From Adineta vaga (lineage: Eukaryota > Animalia > Rotifera), in the NCBI GenBank assembly GCA_021613535.1, contig CP075493.1:7998001-8062000 (forward strand): DNA of 64,000 bases, in the 5' to 3' direction. The first letter of the stretch is position 1; every line of letters begins with the position of its first letter. The position numbers were made by a program, and so were the translations under genes. Positions 26,265 through 39,695 of this stretch are shown here, piece by piece. Below the pieces are notes generated by a model. The model searched no databases. It was not told the DNA's origin and saw nothing but the letters and a program-made list of their open reading frames with translations.

Positions 26265-26336
26265 TAGCAGCGAGTAGTTTCGATCTACCGACCTCTGAGT
26301 TATGAGCCCAGCACGCTTCCACTGCGCCACGCTGCT
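26265..26336 (-). tRNA. Initiator tRNA-Met (CAT)
   Basis: AGCAGCGTGGCGCAGTGGAAGCGTGCTGGGCTCATAACTCAGAGGTCGGTAGATCGAAACTACTCGCTGCTA. A1-U72 pair, perfect 7-bp acceptor stem, ATCGAAA T-loop (A54/A60 initiator signature), oligo-T Pol III terminator just downstream (~26258-26250). Confidence 0.95.
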
Positions 26337-26442
26337 ATGCTATTTCATCATCGAATTTAAGAAATTATCATAAACGACAAAAAAAACTACTAGACACTAG
26401 TTATTCTATTTATATTTAGAAAAATGAGAAAATATTCAGTAT

Positions 26443-29400
26443 TTAGACTGTATTTATACAATCTGGATGACATGTTTTTACACAATCTTCTGGATATTTT
26501 TCATTTAATATTCGACAAAATCCATAGGCTTTTTGCATTAAACAATCATCTCGTCGATCGATACATTTTTCTTGAGGAAGATTTTTGCTTGTAGTTGTAC
26601 TTAATCTTGTATTCGTTTCATCGACAAGTTCTTCATGATGAAATAATGAGGAAATATCTTGTAAACGTTGAATAGATATACATTGACCACACGAACGTTG
26701 ACAAGCTTGAGGAACAGGAAGAAAATTATTATCAACAAGTATTGTATAACGATTATCACAATATTCATTTCGTAATTGATAGATTGAACAATAAGAGCTT
26801 TTATCATAACATGAAATACCTTTTGTTCGAATGAGACAAAAAGGAAATTATAAGTATTAGTCATCTATGAAACAAAGAACTTACATTGATATTGACTTCC
26901 GATTTGTTCACAACGTTCATTTGATAAACAAGGATTTGTAGCACATGCATCTGCATACTAGAAAAAAGTTTATCTTAATAAATTAGAAAATAAATATTCA
27001 GTATAATCATTACTTGACAACGATCACCAACTTTGCCTTTTGGACATATACAGACGATATTATTCTGTGTAGCTGTACAAACACCACCATTACATGATGT
27101 CGGCGAACAAAGTATTGCTAGAGAACAAATATATAACAAAATCTTACTCGTACTATTTAGAAAGTTTTCTCTACCTTCACAACGACTTCCCGTATATCCC
27201 TGTAGACAAAAACATTGTGTAGTCACTGTCCTATTTAAATTGTATCGACTAAAACAGGTACCACTATTCAAACATGGATTTTGATTAACACATGGATTTT
27301 CTATCAAAAATAAAAGTCAATATTATTTTCTATTGAAAATGTCTCTTTTGAATGTTCTTACCATATTGACATGATGGTCCAACATATTTTGATGAACACA
27401 TACATATTCCATTGACACATGAACCACCATTCATACAAGTCGAAATACAATTAATATCTTGAGATGTATTCAAAGCTGTTTCACAGTATTGACCGGTATA
27501 TAAACTTGGACAAGTACATGTAAATGAAACACTTGTTATGTTTGAAACAACAGAACAAATACCACCATGTCGACAAATTGGATTAAAACATGGATTATCT
27601 GTTCGAAAAAAAACATCATAATTAATAACGAAAAATAAATCTATATATTTACCAAATCCACAGAATGTTCCTATATATTGAGCTGGACAAATACATACTC
27701 CATTACTACATGGACTTCTTAAAGAAAGAAAAAGGTAAGATTCAGTAGTAATAAGTCTTCATTCTTTTGTCAAGCAATAACTTACCCATTCATACATAAT
27801 CCTCCACATGGATTCATCAAAGATGTTTCACATCGACTTCCTGTGTATGTTCCTACACAACGACATGTAAACCAAGTATCTGTTTGATTCCAATGTGGTT
27901 GACATATAGCTTGATTTAAACATGGTAACGATAAACATGGATTAGTTTGTTCACAATATTCACCAATAAAATGATCTTGACATACACATGTATATGTTTT
28001 ATTTGTTGATGATAGAGCACAATAACCGCGTGTTTGACAAGGATTACTAGCGCATGGATTATTTTCTATTAATGTTTTACACGATGTCCCAGTAAATCCT
28101 TCTCGACAAAGACAGGAACTAACAGGTGGATCAGTATTTGAAGATATACATGTACCATTATTATCACAATTAATTGATGATGTATTACATGGATTATCTA
28201 GAAGAACAAACGAGATTGTATTAGTGAAAAGAAGATCAAATTAGAAAATTACCGTATTGACATAAAGAGCCCACTTTATTTTCTGGACAAATACAGATAG
28301 GTCCTGTTGGTTGTTCACTACAAATTTTATATTTTGGACAAAGCATATTCGAACATGAACTTATTGCTAAAACATAGAAGTAAAAGTGTTTTGTTTTTCG
28401 TCAGAATAATTTCTCTTTCATTTTACCTGTATCACAATTCTGTCCATAAACTCCAGGAGGACAAATACATCGATAAGCTGACCAATTAGTACCTGTATCA
28501 GCGAGTAACGTCGTACATCCACCACCACGTTGACATGGTAATTTCGTACAAGAATCTCCTAAAGCATTCAATTGATTAATGATATATAAAATATGAATTC
28601 AATAGTCATGTACGTAAGGAACACGTTGGACCAGTGAAACCTGTTTGACATAAACATTCTGCCATTGTCGGAGCAATTTGCCGGCATATACCACCATTTT
28701 GACATGTATTTATCGAACAAACCGAAGCTATAATAATATACAATCCTTATTTTCTCGACCAATGCAGAAGTACTCATTAAACTCACCCCATTCACAACGT
28801 GGTCCGGCAAATTCTGCTGAACATAAGCATCGAATATTGGTATCATTATGATCGCATATACCTCCGTTCAAGCAAACATTTGAATTACAAGATAAACCTA
28901 GATCTATTGAAACAAAAAGAAAAATTCATTTTTCTAGGTCATTTAAATCATCTTACAGATTGAACAATCATAATGTCCAAAACCTTCGGGACATAGACAC
29001 ATGAAATTATTCTGTGGGCCAAGTGGAATACATCTTCCATGATTTACACAAGGTTGTTTCTGACAAGTATTTGTATATTGACAACGGTCACCTGTTAAAT
29101 AAGATGGACAAACACATTGATAATTTGGAGGATTTGTATTTTCTATAGGTTCACATGTCGATAAATAACGACATGGAGAACCAGCGCATGATGTCAATGT
29201 ACCTAAAGAATAAGAAAAACTTCATCCATGTATAGAAAAGAGAAATGTAATTACTTGAATTGCATGATTGTCCATTTAAACCATTCGAACAAATACAATA
29301 ATATGTAGATTTCGATGTTGGAATACAAACACCATTAGATCCACAAGGGTTTTTTGAACAAGAATTGAGCGAAACTAAAGATTTTTCACAGTATCGACCA

Positions 29401-30764
29401 GTAAAGGTTTGATTACATATACAATGTGTTCTACTATTATTAGTTGAAATATCAGTAAAACATATGCCATTATTAGAACAGGTCGTATTTGTACATAATT
29501 CTTGTATTGTTTCACATCTAAGGAATCAATGTGAAAAATAACATACAAAACTCTTCTAATTACTTAAAACTTACCGACTACCCGTTGTATTTAATGGACA
29601 TTGACAATAAGAAATATTTGTTTCTTTATTCATCAAACAAGTTCCATTATTTTCACAAAATATCGTCTTGCAAGTGATATCGCGATATTCACAGTGTAAC
29701 CCTATATAATCCATTGGACAATCACATCGATACATTCCATCTTCTATATTCGAACTTCGAATACATTTTCCCTTATTTAAACATGGATTGGATATGCATA
29801 CATTCATTATTGATTCACAATTAGTACCATTATATGGTGATACACATTCACATTTGTAACTATTTGATAATATTGAACAACTACCATTGTTTTGACAAGG
29901 TGAACTCAAACAAGGATTTGTACTAATTTCACAGTGTGCACCTGTTGTATCATTTGAACATAAACACGAATAATTACAAGTGTGTCCTAAACAATTCGAT
30001 GATGGCATACATTTTCCTCGATTACATGGATTAGATAAACAACTATTGACTAAAGAATAAAAACATTCGTAACTTCTTCGATTCGTTTGTATTTTATTCA
30101 TTTTCATGCTTACTCTTATCACATCGTAGACCAATATAGCTATGGTTACATTCACATTGAAAGCCATTATCAAATGTTGGTGTACAATTTCCATTCACAC
30201 AAGGATTTGATAGGCACGCATCAATGATGATTGTCTTACATTGATCTCCACTGTAACCATTTACACATGCACAAGTTGGTGTACTACATGATGTATCCAT
30301 ACAATCCACCGTACAATGACCATTGTTCTGACAGTAGTCGTTGCATGGATTCACTAAAATAGAGATTATAACACCAGTATAATGACAAGATAGATTTTAA
30401 ATTAACGAACTTATTTGACAATATTTGCCTCGATAACGTTCGGGACATGAGCAACTCGTATTGCTTAAACAAACGCCTCCATTGAGACATTGACACATAT
30501 TTAAAATATTAATACTTGGCGAAAATAATGCCGTTTGACACAGCACACCTGTATAACCAGCTTTGCATTGACAAATAAAGTGTGTTGATGATATCTGCAG
30601 ACAATTACCATGCGATGAACATGGATCTGTTTGATTTTCACATGAACCTAAATAAAATATAGAGAAATATATAGAAATTCAATAAGCATTTTCCAACCAT
30701 TGATGAGTGCAGAAATTGATGAAGCCATCATTACTGAAGCAGATTTTGTTGAATTTGATTGGCA

Positions 30765-30798
<34 letters not shown>

Positions 30799-31667
30799 GG
30801 TAGAAAGCATGTACATTGTCCAACATTTGATGAAATATCTTGTAAACATGAACAGGAAGTAGCTGAACAATCGAGTGTTAAACAACCGACTATCATCACA
30901 ATTAAAATTGTCTCTTGTAGATAGATTTCTAAAAAGTGATTCACTTACTTGATACACAATTAATTAAATTCACACTTGTTTCATGTGATTTTCGAAAAAA
31001 ATGAGAACTTAGATTAAATCTATCAGTATCATTGAGTTCTGTATAAGTGCCCATTGAAAACATAAGATATACATTGGGCACGAAACTTATATCATTCGTA
31101 TCTTCCGTAGAAATAGATCGTTGAAATGTTGCATAAAAATTCTGATTAGTAGTATTAGTTTGAACAACACAGATATCTTGCTGATTATCAATTGCTGGTA
31201 CGGTTTGTTCATGTGAATATCTAATGAGTGACTGAGTAAATTAGAGTGATTGACGTCATAGAATCTTTCTTACCCATCCCAAAGTGTTTGAGCAGTAGGA
31301 AATATCAAAGCAATATCTACATTATTTGTTGGTGTTATATCTGACCAACTCAAAGCTATATAAGTAGATGTAAGATTAATATTCGAATTTGCTTGACCTA
31401 AAAATTCAATTACCGAAAAAAAACAGTTGAATTGGATCAACGTACCTTGAATGATGAACTCAACAACGTTCAAAATAGAATCATATCTCCATGAAACAGT
31501 AAACGAACCAGTCGTGGCATCTTGAATAGTCCATATACCACCCAAACATTGACTTTGTACTTCTAGAGTACAGAAAACGATAAAAACTATATTTTTATAT
31601 TGAAAATAAACATACGTTTAAAGATTTGTATGATTAAGAGCAATAATATAGATGTATTATGCTTCAT
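26443..31667 (-). CDS. Large secreted protein: signal peptide, DOMON-like domain, ~25 EGF-like repeats, two C-terminal ShKT-like domains
   Basis: MKHNTSILLLLIIQIFK|QVQSQC..FTVSWRYD..VEFIIQG..YIALSWS..DIALI..DNQQD..FQRSISTED (DOMON). Many NPC...CxCxxGYxGxxC exons. C-terminal CYDKSSYC..C..ACQRSCGQC and CIDRRDDC..GFC..DCVKTCHPDC; stop TAA 26445-26443. Confidence 0.85.
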
Positions 31668-33293
31668 CTAAAAAGAAAATGTGTATAGATCATCATGATC
31701 ATTTCTCATTGCTGTTCGAAGAAAATGATCAGTGATTGAAATCGGTTAATTTTGTTCTCTTCTTTACTTACTATTACCGAGCATTTATATCCATTGTGAA
31801 CATATAAAAGAAAGAAAAGAATGAACGAACGAACGAACTAAGAAGAAGTTCATCGAACTTTCATAGACACTATTTACTCGATTATTTTGCTTTGGTGTCT
31901 TTATCGTTCTCATTGATATACACTTCTATTCATCTTGATTTCTTCTTCGGTTCAATATGACAGGTGTAAAATATTATTAATTCACCATGGATATCTCATT
32001 AAAATCAAATCGAACTCAATAGTAGACGTTATTCTATCAGATATATACATATATATATATGCACATCAAAGTACATGTCTTTCTAAAGATCATCATATCA
32101 ATCAATTCTACTTGTATTTCATTAGAATAAGCATCGTTTATAATCTGCGATATTGATTAAAGTGAAAGATGAGCAGTATATGAAAACAAGAGATTAAAAT
32201 GTCATGAAGTAAAGTCAAAAAGTTTGGTTTTGTAATAAATGAATTATTTTCATAGCAAGAAGATGATAGTATAGAAATGTCGATAAATGAAATTCGATTT
32301 GAAAACTCATATGCTATGTTCATTAACATGACCAACGCACGATATGACTGCGAAATACCAACAGAGAACTATATAGCTTTGCAAAATATTTATCAATCTT
32401 CATATCGCTCGTCGTTATTGTTTATTTAAAACAAGATATGTACGTTAGTTTAATGGAATCAGAGAGTAGTTTACATCCATATCGATTATTATATTCTTCG
32501 GAAATATATTCATTTTTGTTCAGAGAAAACAGTATATATAAAAAAGTACTCTCTTTGATTTCATCTTCGTTCCTGTAATCTAATACCCTTTTCTATATGT
32601 TAGTTTTATCAACTGATAAAATTAGTTCATCTGTTCGAATCAAACTATCCATGAGCAATTCATGAAACAACTACAAATAGATTCTTTGTTTTATCTTATT
32701 TCTCATAAATCTAATCATACGCAAAACATATGGGCAAGAATGATCGGACATTCTTTTTTTTTCTTGTTGTTGTTTATGGAGAATATAATGTATATTACAC
32801 AAGAGAAAGAAAAAGGAGAATCATCAATGCTTTTAGAATATTTCCGCATGCCTGACAAATGTTATGATGTAATCGAACTTTTGTTATTTGTTCATGATAA
32901 TAAAACAACAAAGTGTAATGATAATTAGTTGACCTTGAGAAATAATTTTTATTTCTATTTCTATTTTTTACATTCATCAAACGAAGAAATGACCAAATAA
33001 CTATGTTCAATATCGTTTATTATTAAATAAGGCTGACACGATCAATTAGTTAAAATTGTATATACAAAGTGTTGTTCAATGTTTATACTAAAAAGACACT
33101 GTTAAAAGAAAAAATACATACAATCTATTAATTTTTATGTTTTACTTGATATGATTATGAAATGTATATGTGTATGTAAGGGTCAGTTTATGTTATATAT
33201 TTGTATACATATCTATCATTGAGCTAGCGAAGTTTTCCGCTATCTATCTTTCGATGCCTTTAGGAAAAAGAAAATAAAAACAATATCGTTCTA

Positions 33294-33316
33294 TGATGAT
33301 GATGATGATGATGATG
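33294..33316. repeat. (GAT)n microsatellite
   Basis: Run of ATGATGATG... upstream of the mucin-Kunitz gene; other short repeats are (GAT)n at ~17936-17953 and (CA)n at ~17705-17721. Confidence 0.8.
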
Positions 33317-33624
33317 CTTGCAAGCAACAAGCGACTCGTTACTGTAATGATAATGTAAACTGAGAAGAAAGATTTCTGATTGATCATAGACCGATTATCA
33401 ACAAATTACATAGAACAGTGAAGAAAGAGCAACATAACAGGACGAACTGTCCATCAGTAGTACAAATAGATGACGCGTATTACATTGGTAGAGATAGAGC
33501 AATAGAAAAGAAAAACAGAACAAATATTCTCGACAACATGTATAACTAATCACTTGGTATAGTTAATCAGTTTGAGTATAGTCAAAGATCAATCGAATTG
33601 AAGAACAAGAACAACAATAAAATC

Positions 33625-35551
33625 ATGTCTATTTGTTATTTCTGTTTGTCATCACTATTAGTATTCCTGTTAATAGTACACGTATGTAATATGAAACTTT
33701 GTTTTATATTTTGATGACTTTTTTTTCATTAGTGTACTCATGCTGCAAGTCTTCGTTCATATTTACAACAGACATCAAAATGGTTTCCTGATCGACGATA
33801 TTCTTCGCTAACTGATAGTGATGATTTATTCACTTCTGTTGAACCTGTTTTATCACGACGGCGACCTTTTTTACCATTAAATGACCGACGACGACGGTGG
33901 TCAAATGATGAAATTTTGATAGATGAAACAATTGTAGAACGATTAACTGCTGCTACATCAACAACTGAGAATGAAACAACAGGAACAGTGACTGATCATT
34001 CTAATGATATCATATCATCTAATTCAACTGATTTTGAGATAACATCGAATGAGACTTCAACCACAATAGAAACAAAACATCCACTATTGCGACAAGATAT
34101 AGCTGAATATAATGAAACAGAAAATGTGTCAACTGTTTCGATAACGAAAGAAATTACACTAACTTATGAAACTACGAATGGTGATACTAGTACAGTTTTA
34201 TCAATAACATCAAATGAAATTACAGATATTAATACAACTGTATCAGCAAATGTAACTGATAGTAATTCAACAGAATTAAATGAAATAAGTGAATCAATTA
34301 TTGAATTATTTGATAATCTAACTACTCACGGAACTATCAGTAAGTTTTATATTCATCAATTTACATTTTCTTTCTATCGTTATATGAAGGTAACGAAACA
34401 GAAATAATAACAACAACAGCAGCAGCAGCAGCAGCCAGCAGTGAGCTCATTCAAGCAAACAAAACTAGAAACAACACGTATTCCTCAAACAGTACTCTTA
34501 ACAAATTATACATCTCCAACGCTTACGTCTGAATTAGATACAGCTATTATACTTCTTGATTATACCACTAAATATCCTCCAATAACATCAACAGAGTATA
34601 ATAATGAAACATTAAATGAGACAGAAACAACTACTATTGGAGATTATATTACAACTATTAGAGATGAAGCCATGAATATAACTGATGTGACTACTATCAT
34701 CGTTAATACCACAGAAAATCAAACTACTATCTATGAACAGGAAATTGATAATACTACAATGATTTTTGATACCACATCAACTAATATTACTGATGAAAAT
34801 GAATATTCGAATGAAACCACTAGTTTAATATTAGAAACAACGGAAGAACCTATATGTGACCTTTCCTGTCAATGTACAAAACAATGTCCTTACGGTTTTG
34901 ATTTCATTAACGAGACATGTGAATGTCATCCACCCTGTAAAGTAAGTTTTGCACAATAATGTTCATTTATATTTGAACAGTTCATATCCATAGAATTATC
35001 AATGTTTTGGTAATGATACATGTATTGAAACTATGAAGGACGACCTGACTGTCAAGCAGAAAATGGCACTGAACACGGTAAGACCTAGTTAGTAAATAAA
35101 ATTTAACATATAATCATCGTATTTACTTTAAGATCGTCCAAAACGTTGTTATCAACCACGTGATCCAGGTTATCATGATACGAATATTCGATATCATAGT
35201 CGTTGGTATTATAATCCTGATCAAGATGCATGTCATTTATTTGTTTATCGTGGTTTGGGTGGAAATGAAAATAATTTTCAAACATTACACGAATGTCGTT
35301 TAGAATGTATCAGTATGTTTCAAACAAAAACACTTTTCTTTATTTTACATACTATTTCATTTGATTTCTTAGCTTGTGCTCAAGCACCCGACCAAGGTGA
35401 ATGTTTAGGTCGTTTATCGATGTGGTACTATGATCATAAAACGAATCAATGTTCACAATTTGATTATTCAGGTTGTAAAGGAAATGATAATCAATTTTTC
35501 CGAAAACAAAATTGTATTGATACATGTGTTACTCGAATACTTGGTCTTTAA
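33625..35551 (+). CDS. Secreted Thr-rich mucin-like protein with antistasin-like Cys module and two BPTI/Kunitz domains (apparent 1-nt frameshift ~35033)
   Basis: Signal peptide MSICYFCLSSLLVFLLIVH|CTHA, RRRR furin-type site, T/E/N-rich stalk, CDLSCQCTKQCPYGF..CEC. Kunitz RWYYN..C..FVYRGLGGNENNF..C...C and GECLG..WYYD..CSQFDYSGCKGNDNQF..C...C. Confidence 0.85.
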
Positions 35552-35884
35552 AAAACAAAACTTGTTAAGATTTCGTTCTTGTTTGTGTTCATTCTGATTA
35601 GTTTGCTCGTTTTTTTTCTCACTCAAATATGCTATTTCCGCTTATATATATGTGTGTGTACAATTTTATTCAATTTGTTTGTTAAACAAACAATTATAGC
35701 AGAAGAAAACTAATAACGAACTTTATTTCATGTTTAGCATTCAATTATATGAGATAGAAGTTTTATTTATAATCTAACATTCAAATTTGATTTCCTGAGA
35801 CTAATCATAACTGTGTTCAAAAAATAAATAGGATACATTGTAGGAATATCTGACATAGAGAGTGAGAGAGAGAGAAAGAGATAT

Positions 35885-36617
35885 TTAAAGACAAAAATTG
35901 AAATCACATTTTGTACAAACGAGAAGTAACGATGGTATCATCCCATCTTCATTATGCCATAAAGTTGAATGAAGTTTTGTTTCATTACAATGAGGCATTG
36001 TTTGTCGATGATATGCATGAATTTCATTCAATGTTCCTGTTTTAATCTGATATTGAAATGAACATTGTCGACAAACAATTGGATGTTGAGAAGAACACTG
36101 AAAAAGTGAATCATTCGAACACATAGGACATTGAGTTTGATTTAATTCATCGATTGAAGGAATATATTCCGGTTGTTCATCAGGTATACCTTGTAATCGT
36201 TCCATTTCTAATTCACGAAGAACTTCATTCATTATTGTCCAATTTTCTTCAAATTCAGCTTCTTCAGCTGATAATGGTAAACTATTACTATCCATATCCA
36301 TCGATGTTGTTGGTGGTAATGAACCAAACATTTTAATCCATTCGGATTCTACAATATCACGAGCTGATAATGTTGGTTCATTATCATCGAACTAATTTAC
36401 AAAAAAAGAAGACATAAAACGAAAACTAAAAGAAAGGTTTTTACAGAGAGGTGTCGCATTTTATTGACAATTTTATCACGTGCTCGTTTGAATTGTTGTT
36501 TACAATGAAGTCGATAACGATCTTTCCATGTTTCATCTGAACGAACAGTTGGTGAAGGCATTTTATATAATGCTGAATGGCCGTTTGACGAGCAGGAGAA
36601 GCAGGAAATGTAGACAT
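35885..36617 (-). CDS. RPAIN: RPA-interacting protein (RIP/RPAIN)
   Basis: HSALYK..WKDRYRLHC..KRARDKIVNKMR N-terminal motif, acidic middle, C-terminal Zn-binding CPMC..CRQC..H...C..LLLVCTKCDF. The upstream ATG is out of frame with HSALYK (small indel). Confidence 0.85.
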
Positions 36618-36929
36618 TCTCGTCGAAGTTTAGAAGACAAAGAAATCTAGAATAAAATTAATAATTATTCGATTTTGTAGATCAATTATCATCACTATTC
36701 CATATTATCAAAAATAATTCTTAGAATCTCGATATTTTCTGTAATATCAATCAAAAATGTCAGCAATAAGAAAAGAAGACTCGATTGAGATTTCTTAATT
36801 TAGAGATTATTTTGTCAAATACACAACAAAGTCACGGCAAATACAATAATAAAATAATAATAATACATCAAACGGAAACAAGTTTTGACTAGATAAATGA
36901 TAAATATTGATTAAATAATTGTGTTAAAA

Positions 36930-38862
36930 TTAAATCTGAAGTTTCATTGATTGAGGTAAACTTGTCTTATGTTCTAATAACATATCTGTATCCATTGCAA
37001 TTCCAGCACAAGCTGAAAGAATATTTGTTATACAACGATGTTGTTTAAAAAGTGCATTAATGACCGGTGTACCAGGTGGAACCAAGGGTGCCTTTAAAAG
37101 GTACGATAAAATCGATAGAACAGGTTCAAATGATTGATATTCATCCTGATCTTGTGTTTTATATGTAATACGAGTCATCAATTCAGTTAAAATGACTAGA
37201 TCAATGATTAAAGGTGATGCCAAAAGTGAATCTTCGCATGTATTATGAATTGCTATTGTACTAAGACCATTCATAAATATAGACGATATATATTCATCCA
37301 TCGCGCGTTTTGAATCTAGATATATATATATATATATATGAGTTTTTATTTTTATATTCAATACAATGAAATATATCTTCTTTACCTTTGACAAATGGAA
37401 CATATTTAATAACGACAACATGATCTGGATGTTCATTCGTTTTCTTATTATATAATAAATGATTTGCACCTACCATATCATCGACAACATTCGATTTACT
37501 AATTTCTTTCGAACGAAATTGTTGTGGTGCACTTAAATTTTTACCATCATTATTTCCTAAATGATTATAGGAAACAATAGATTGAAGTTTTAAACCAGCC
37601 GAAACAAGAAAATCAGCAAGAACTGATTTCATTTTTGTTTGTCCACTTTTAAAATCGTCACCACCAATAAAAATATTGTGTTTTTTAGCCAATTCAATAA
37701 TGCCTGGCACTAAAGTATTCTGTGGACTACCATTAATATATGGACAACCTTCTAAAATAGCAGCACAAGCGAAAATATTCGATGGACTTATTTCATCTTC
37801 ATTTCCAGCGATTGATTGAAGAATTTCTTCACTTGTTTGATTTAAACCTGAACGAACTGAAACAGATAACAAATGATTATGGAATGATGTCGAAAGATAA
37901 GTTATAGTCTTTACCATCAACATATCGTTCCGTATTCGCAGTCCATAGAATAATAACTTTTTCTAAATTATTATTTTTTTTAAATTCTCGAATATCATTT
38001 CGAATACGTTCTAAATCTTGTTGTTTAGTTCCTTTTGATATTAAATTATTCGCTCGATCTTCTTGATTAGCAGCAATAAAATCCGGATAATAAATTGATG
38101 GTAATGGTTTCAGTTTACTCATGGCTGATTTTAATTTTTCTTGTAATTCATAATCAAAAACACAAGCTCGTCTCATTGATTCATATAGATTCGCTTCATT
38201 GATATCCCATCCACCAATAACAATATCATTCGGATGTAACATAGGTAAAATTGTATTGAACGGAATATGAACTTCTTTACCTTCATTGTTACTTCCAATT
38301 CGAATGGTTGTCGATTGAGTTAATGAACCATAATAGTTTGGGTGTTGTTCACCCTCTTAAAAGTTTCGATTATTAATATGGTCTTTTTCGAATCGATGAT
38401 TGATTATTCTCTTACCTTTACGCATCCATGTCAAATTTTCTTGATTAGCAATAAGTGCACCTGTAAATGTTGAACCATTATTTCCTCCCCATCCAACAAG
38501 CATAACACCTGTACGTTGTATGTGTCGTTTTGTACGAAACACATATTGATATTTACGTGGAATAATTTCCACACGTTTTGTATTCTGATCAACGTGACAA
38601 TGATTCATTTCATAGACATATTTACTTTCAATATATTCATTCGAATACGTCGTATTTTGACTATTGACTTGAATCGAATAATCCGATGTCACACCTGAAT
38701 GATTAGAAAAGATGATAGATGAAAATAGGTTATAGATTTCTATTTACCATCGTGATCAGCAGGATTGACATGTTGATTATCCTCACTAAGACTATTAACT
38801 TCAACGATAGCTGCTGATTTCGAATCTTGTTTCGTCAATGGAATATGACCATTAGTAGCCAT
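36930..38862 (-). CDS. ISYNA1: Inositol-3-phosphate (myo-inositol-1-phosphate) synthase, 5 exons
   Basis: [80 protein letters not shown]. Confidence 0.97.
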
Positions 38863-38915
38863 GATATTCTTTTTTTTCAAATCAATTCTAAAACAAAACA
38901 AATCTTAGTATTAAA

Positions 38916-39669
38916 TCATTCGGAATAGAAGAAAGGAAAGATTAGATTCGATTTATTCGAACCAAATATCTGAGAAAATGTTTGTTTTTTTCGAACAATA
39001 TTCTTCTTTTCATCATATTGTGTTTGACCATTGAACGATCTTTTTAAAACTAGATAGAATAATCTGCTTATAAAAACAATATCAAAATACACAAGATAAT
39101 GATGAAAACCGATGAATGCTTGCCATCTCGTTTCAACAAATCCAATCAAATAACCAATATTGAAGAAAAGAATTCTCAAAATAGTCAAGAAATGAAATCC
39201 TCCCATCTCATTCCATAAATAATCACATACAAATGTATAACCAACAAAATGTGCACATAGAAGATGAAAAAGCATTAGAAGAAAATATCGTAGATTATGT
39301 TGACCAATACAAGTACCAACAAAAAAACAATGATGATCTTGTACGGGTATACAACGTCGACATAAATGACAATGATGTGATCGTTCTTGACGATAAGTTA
39401 AACAATATTGACAATATTGATCAGTTAATTTCTCTTGTTTAGAATATGAAATTGACAAAAATGTTGTTCGAATTAAATTAAAATAACCTTGAAAAAAGAA
39501 ATATAAAAAAAGTACATTAAATATCACATAGTTAACATCCGACAATTGTTTGCGTTCACGATATGCAGGAACGACAATAAAATAGATAAAATAAAGTGCA
39601 TAAAGTAGTCCGATATAAGCATAACACCATGTTATTCCTATTCAAAGAACGCAAGAGAAATATTTTCAT
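38916..39669 (-). CDS. DHHC palmitoyl-S-acyltransferase (ZDHHC24/22-like), single exon; apparent 1-nt insertion near codon 11
   Basis: YCQYCLTYRQERSHHCHLCRRCIPVQDHHCFFVGTCIGQHNLRYF DHHC cysteine-rich domain, TM helices, GQTQYD and FG..LIFPF tail. ATG 39669 joins the main frame if one base at ~39637 is removed. Confidence 0.88.
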
Positions 39670-39695
39670 CTAGAAGAATAAATCGTGGTTAGTTT

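Noticed and set aside
26443-31667. Calling the EGF-array gene Notch, Crumbs or fibropellin
   Set aside because: No LNR, ankyrin, LamG, CUB, avidin or TM segments; the termini are DOMON-like and ShKT-like.
35132-35303. Hydrophobic alternative frame over Kunitz domain 1 that could look like a TM anchor
   Set aside because: It is the shifted-frame shadow produced by the 1-nt indel at ~35033; the Kunitz frame has clear family motifs.
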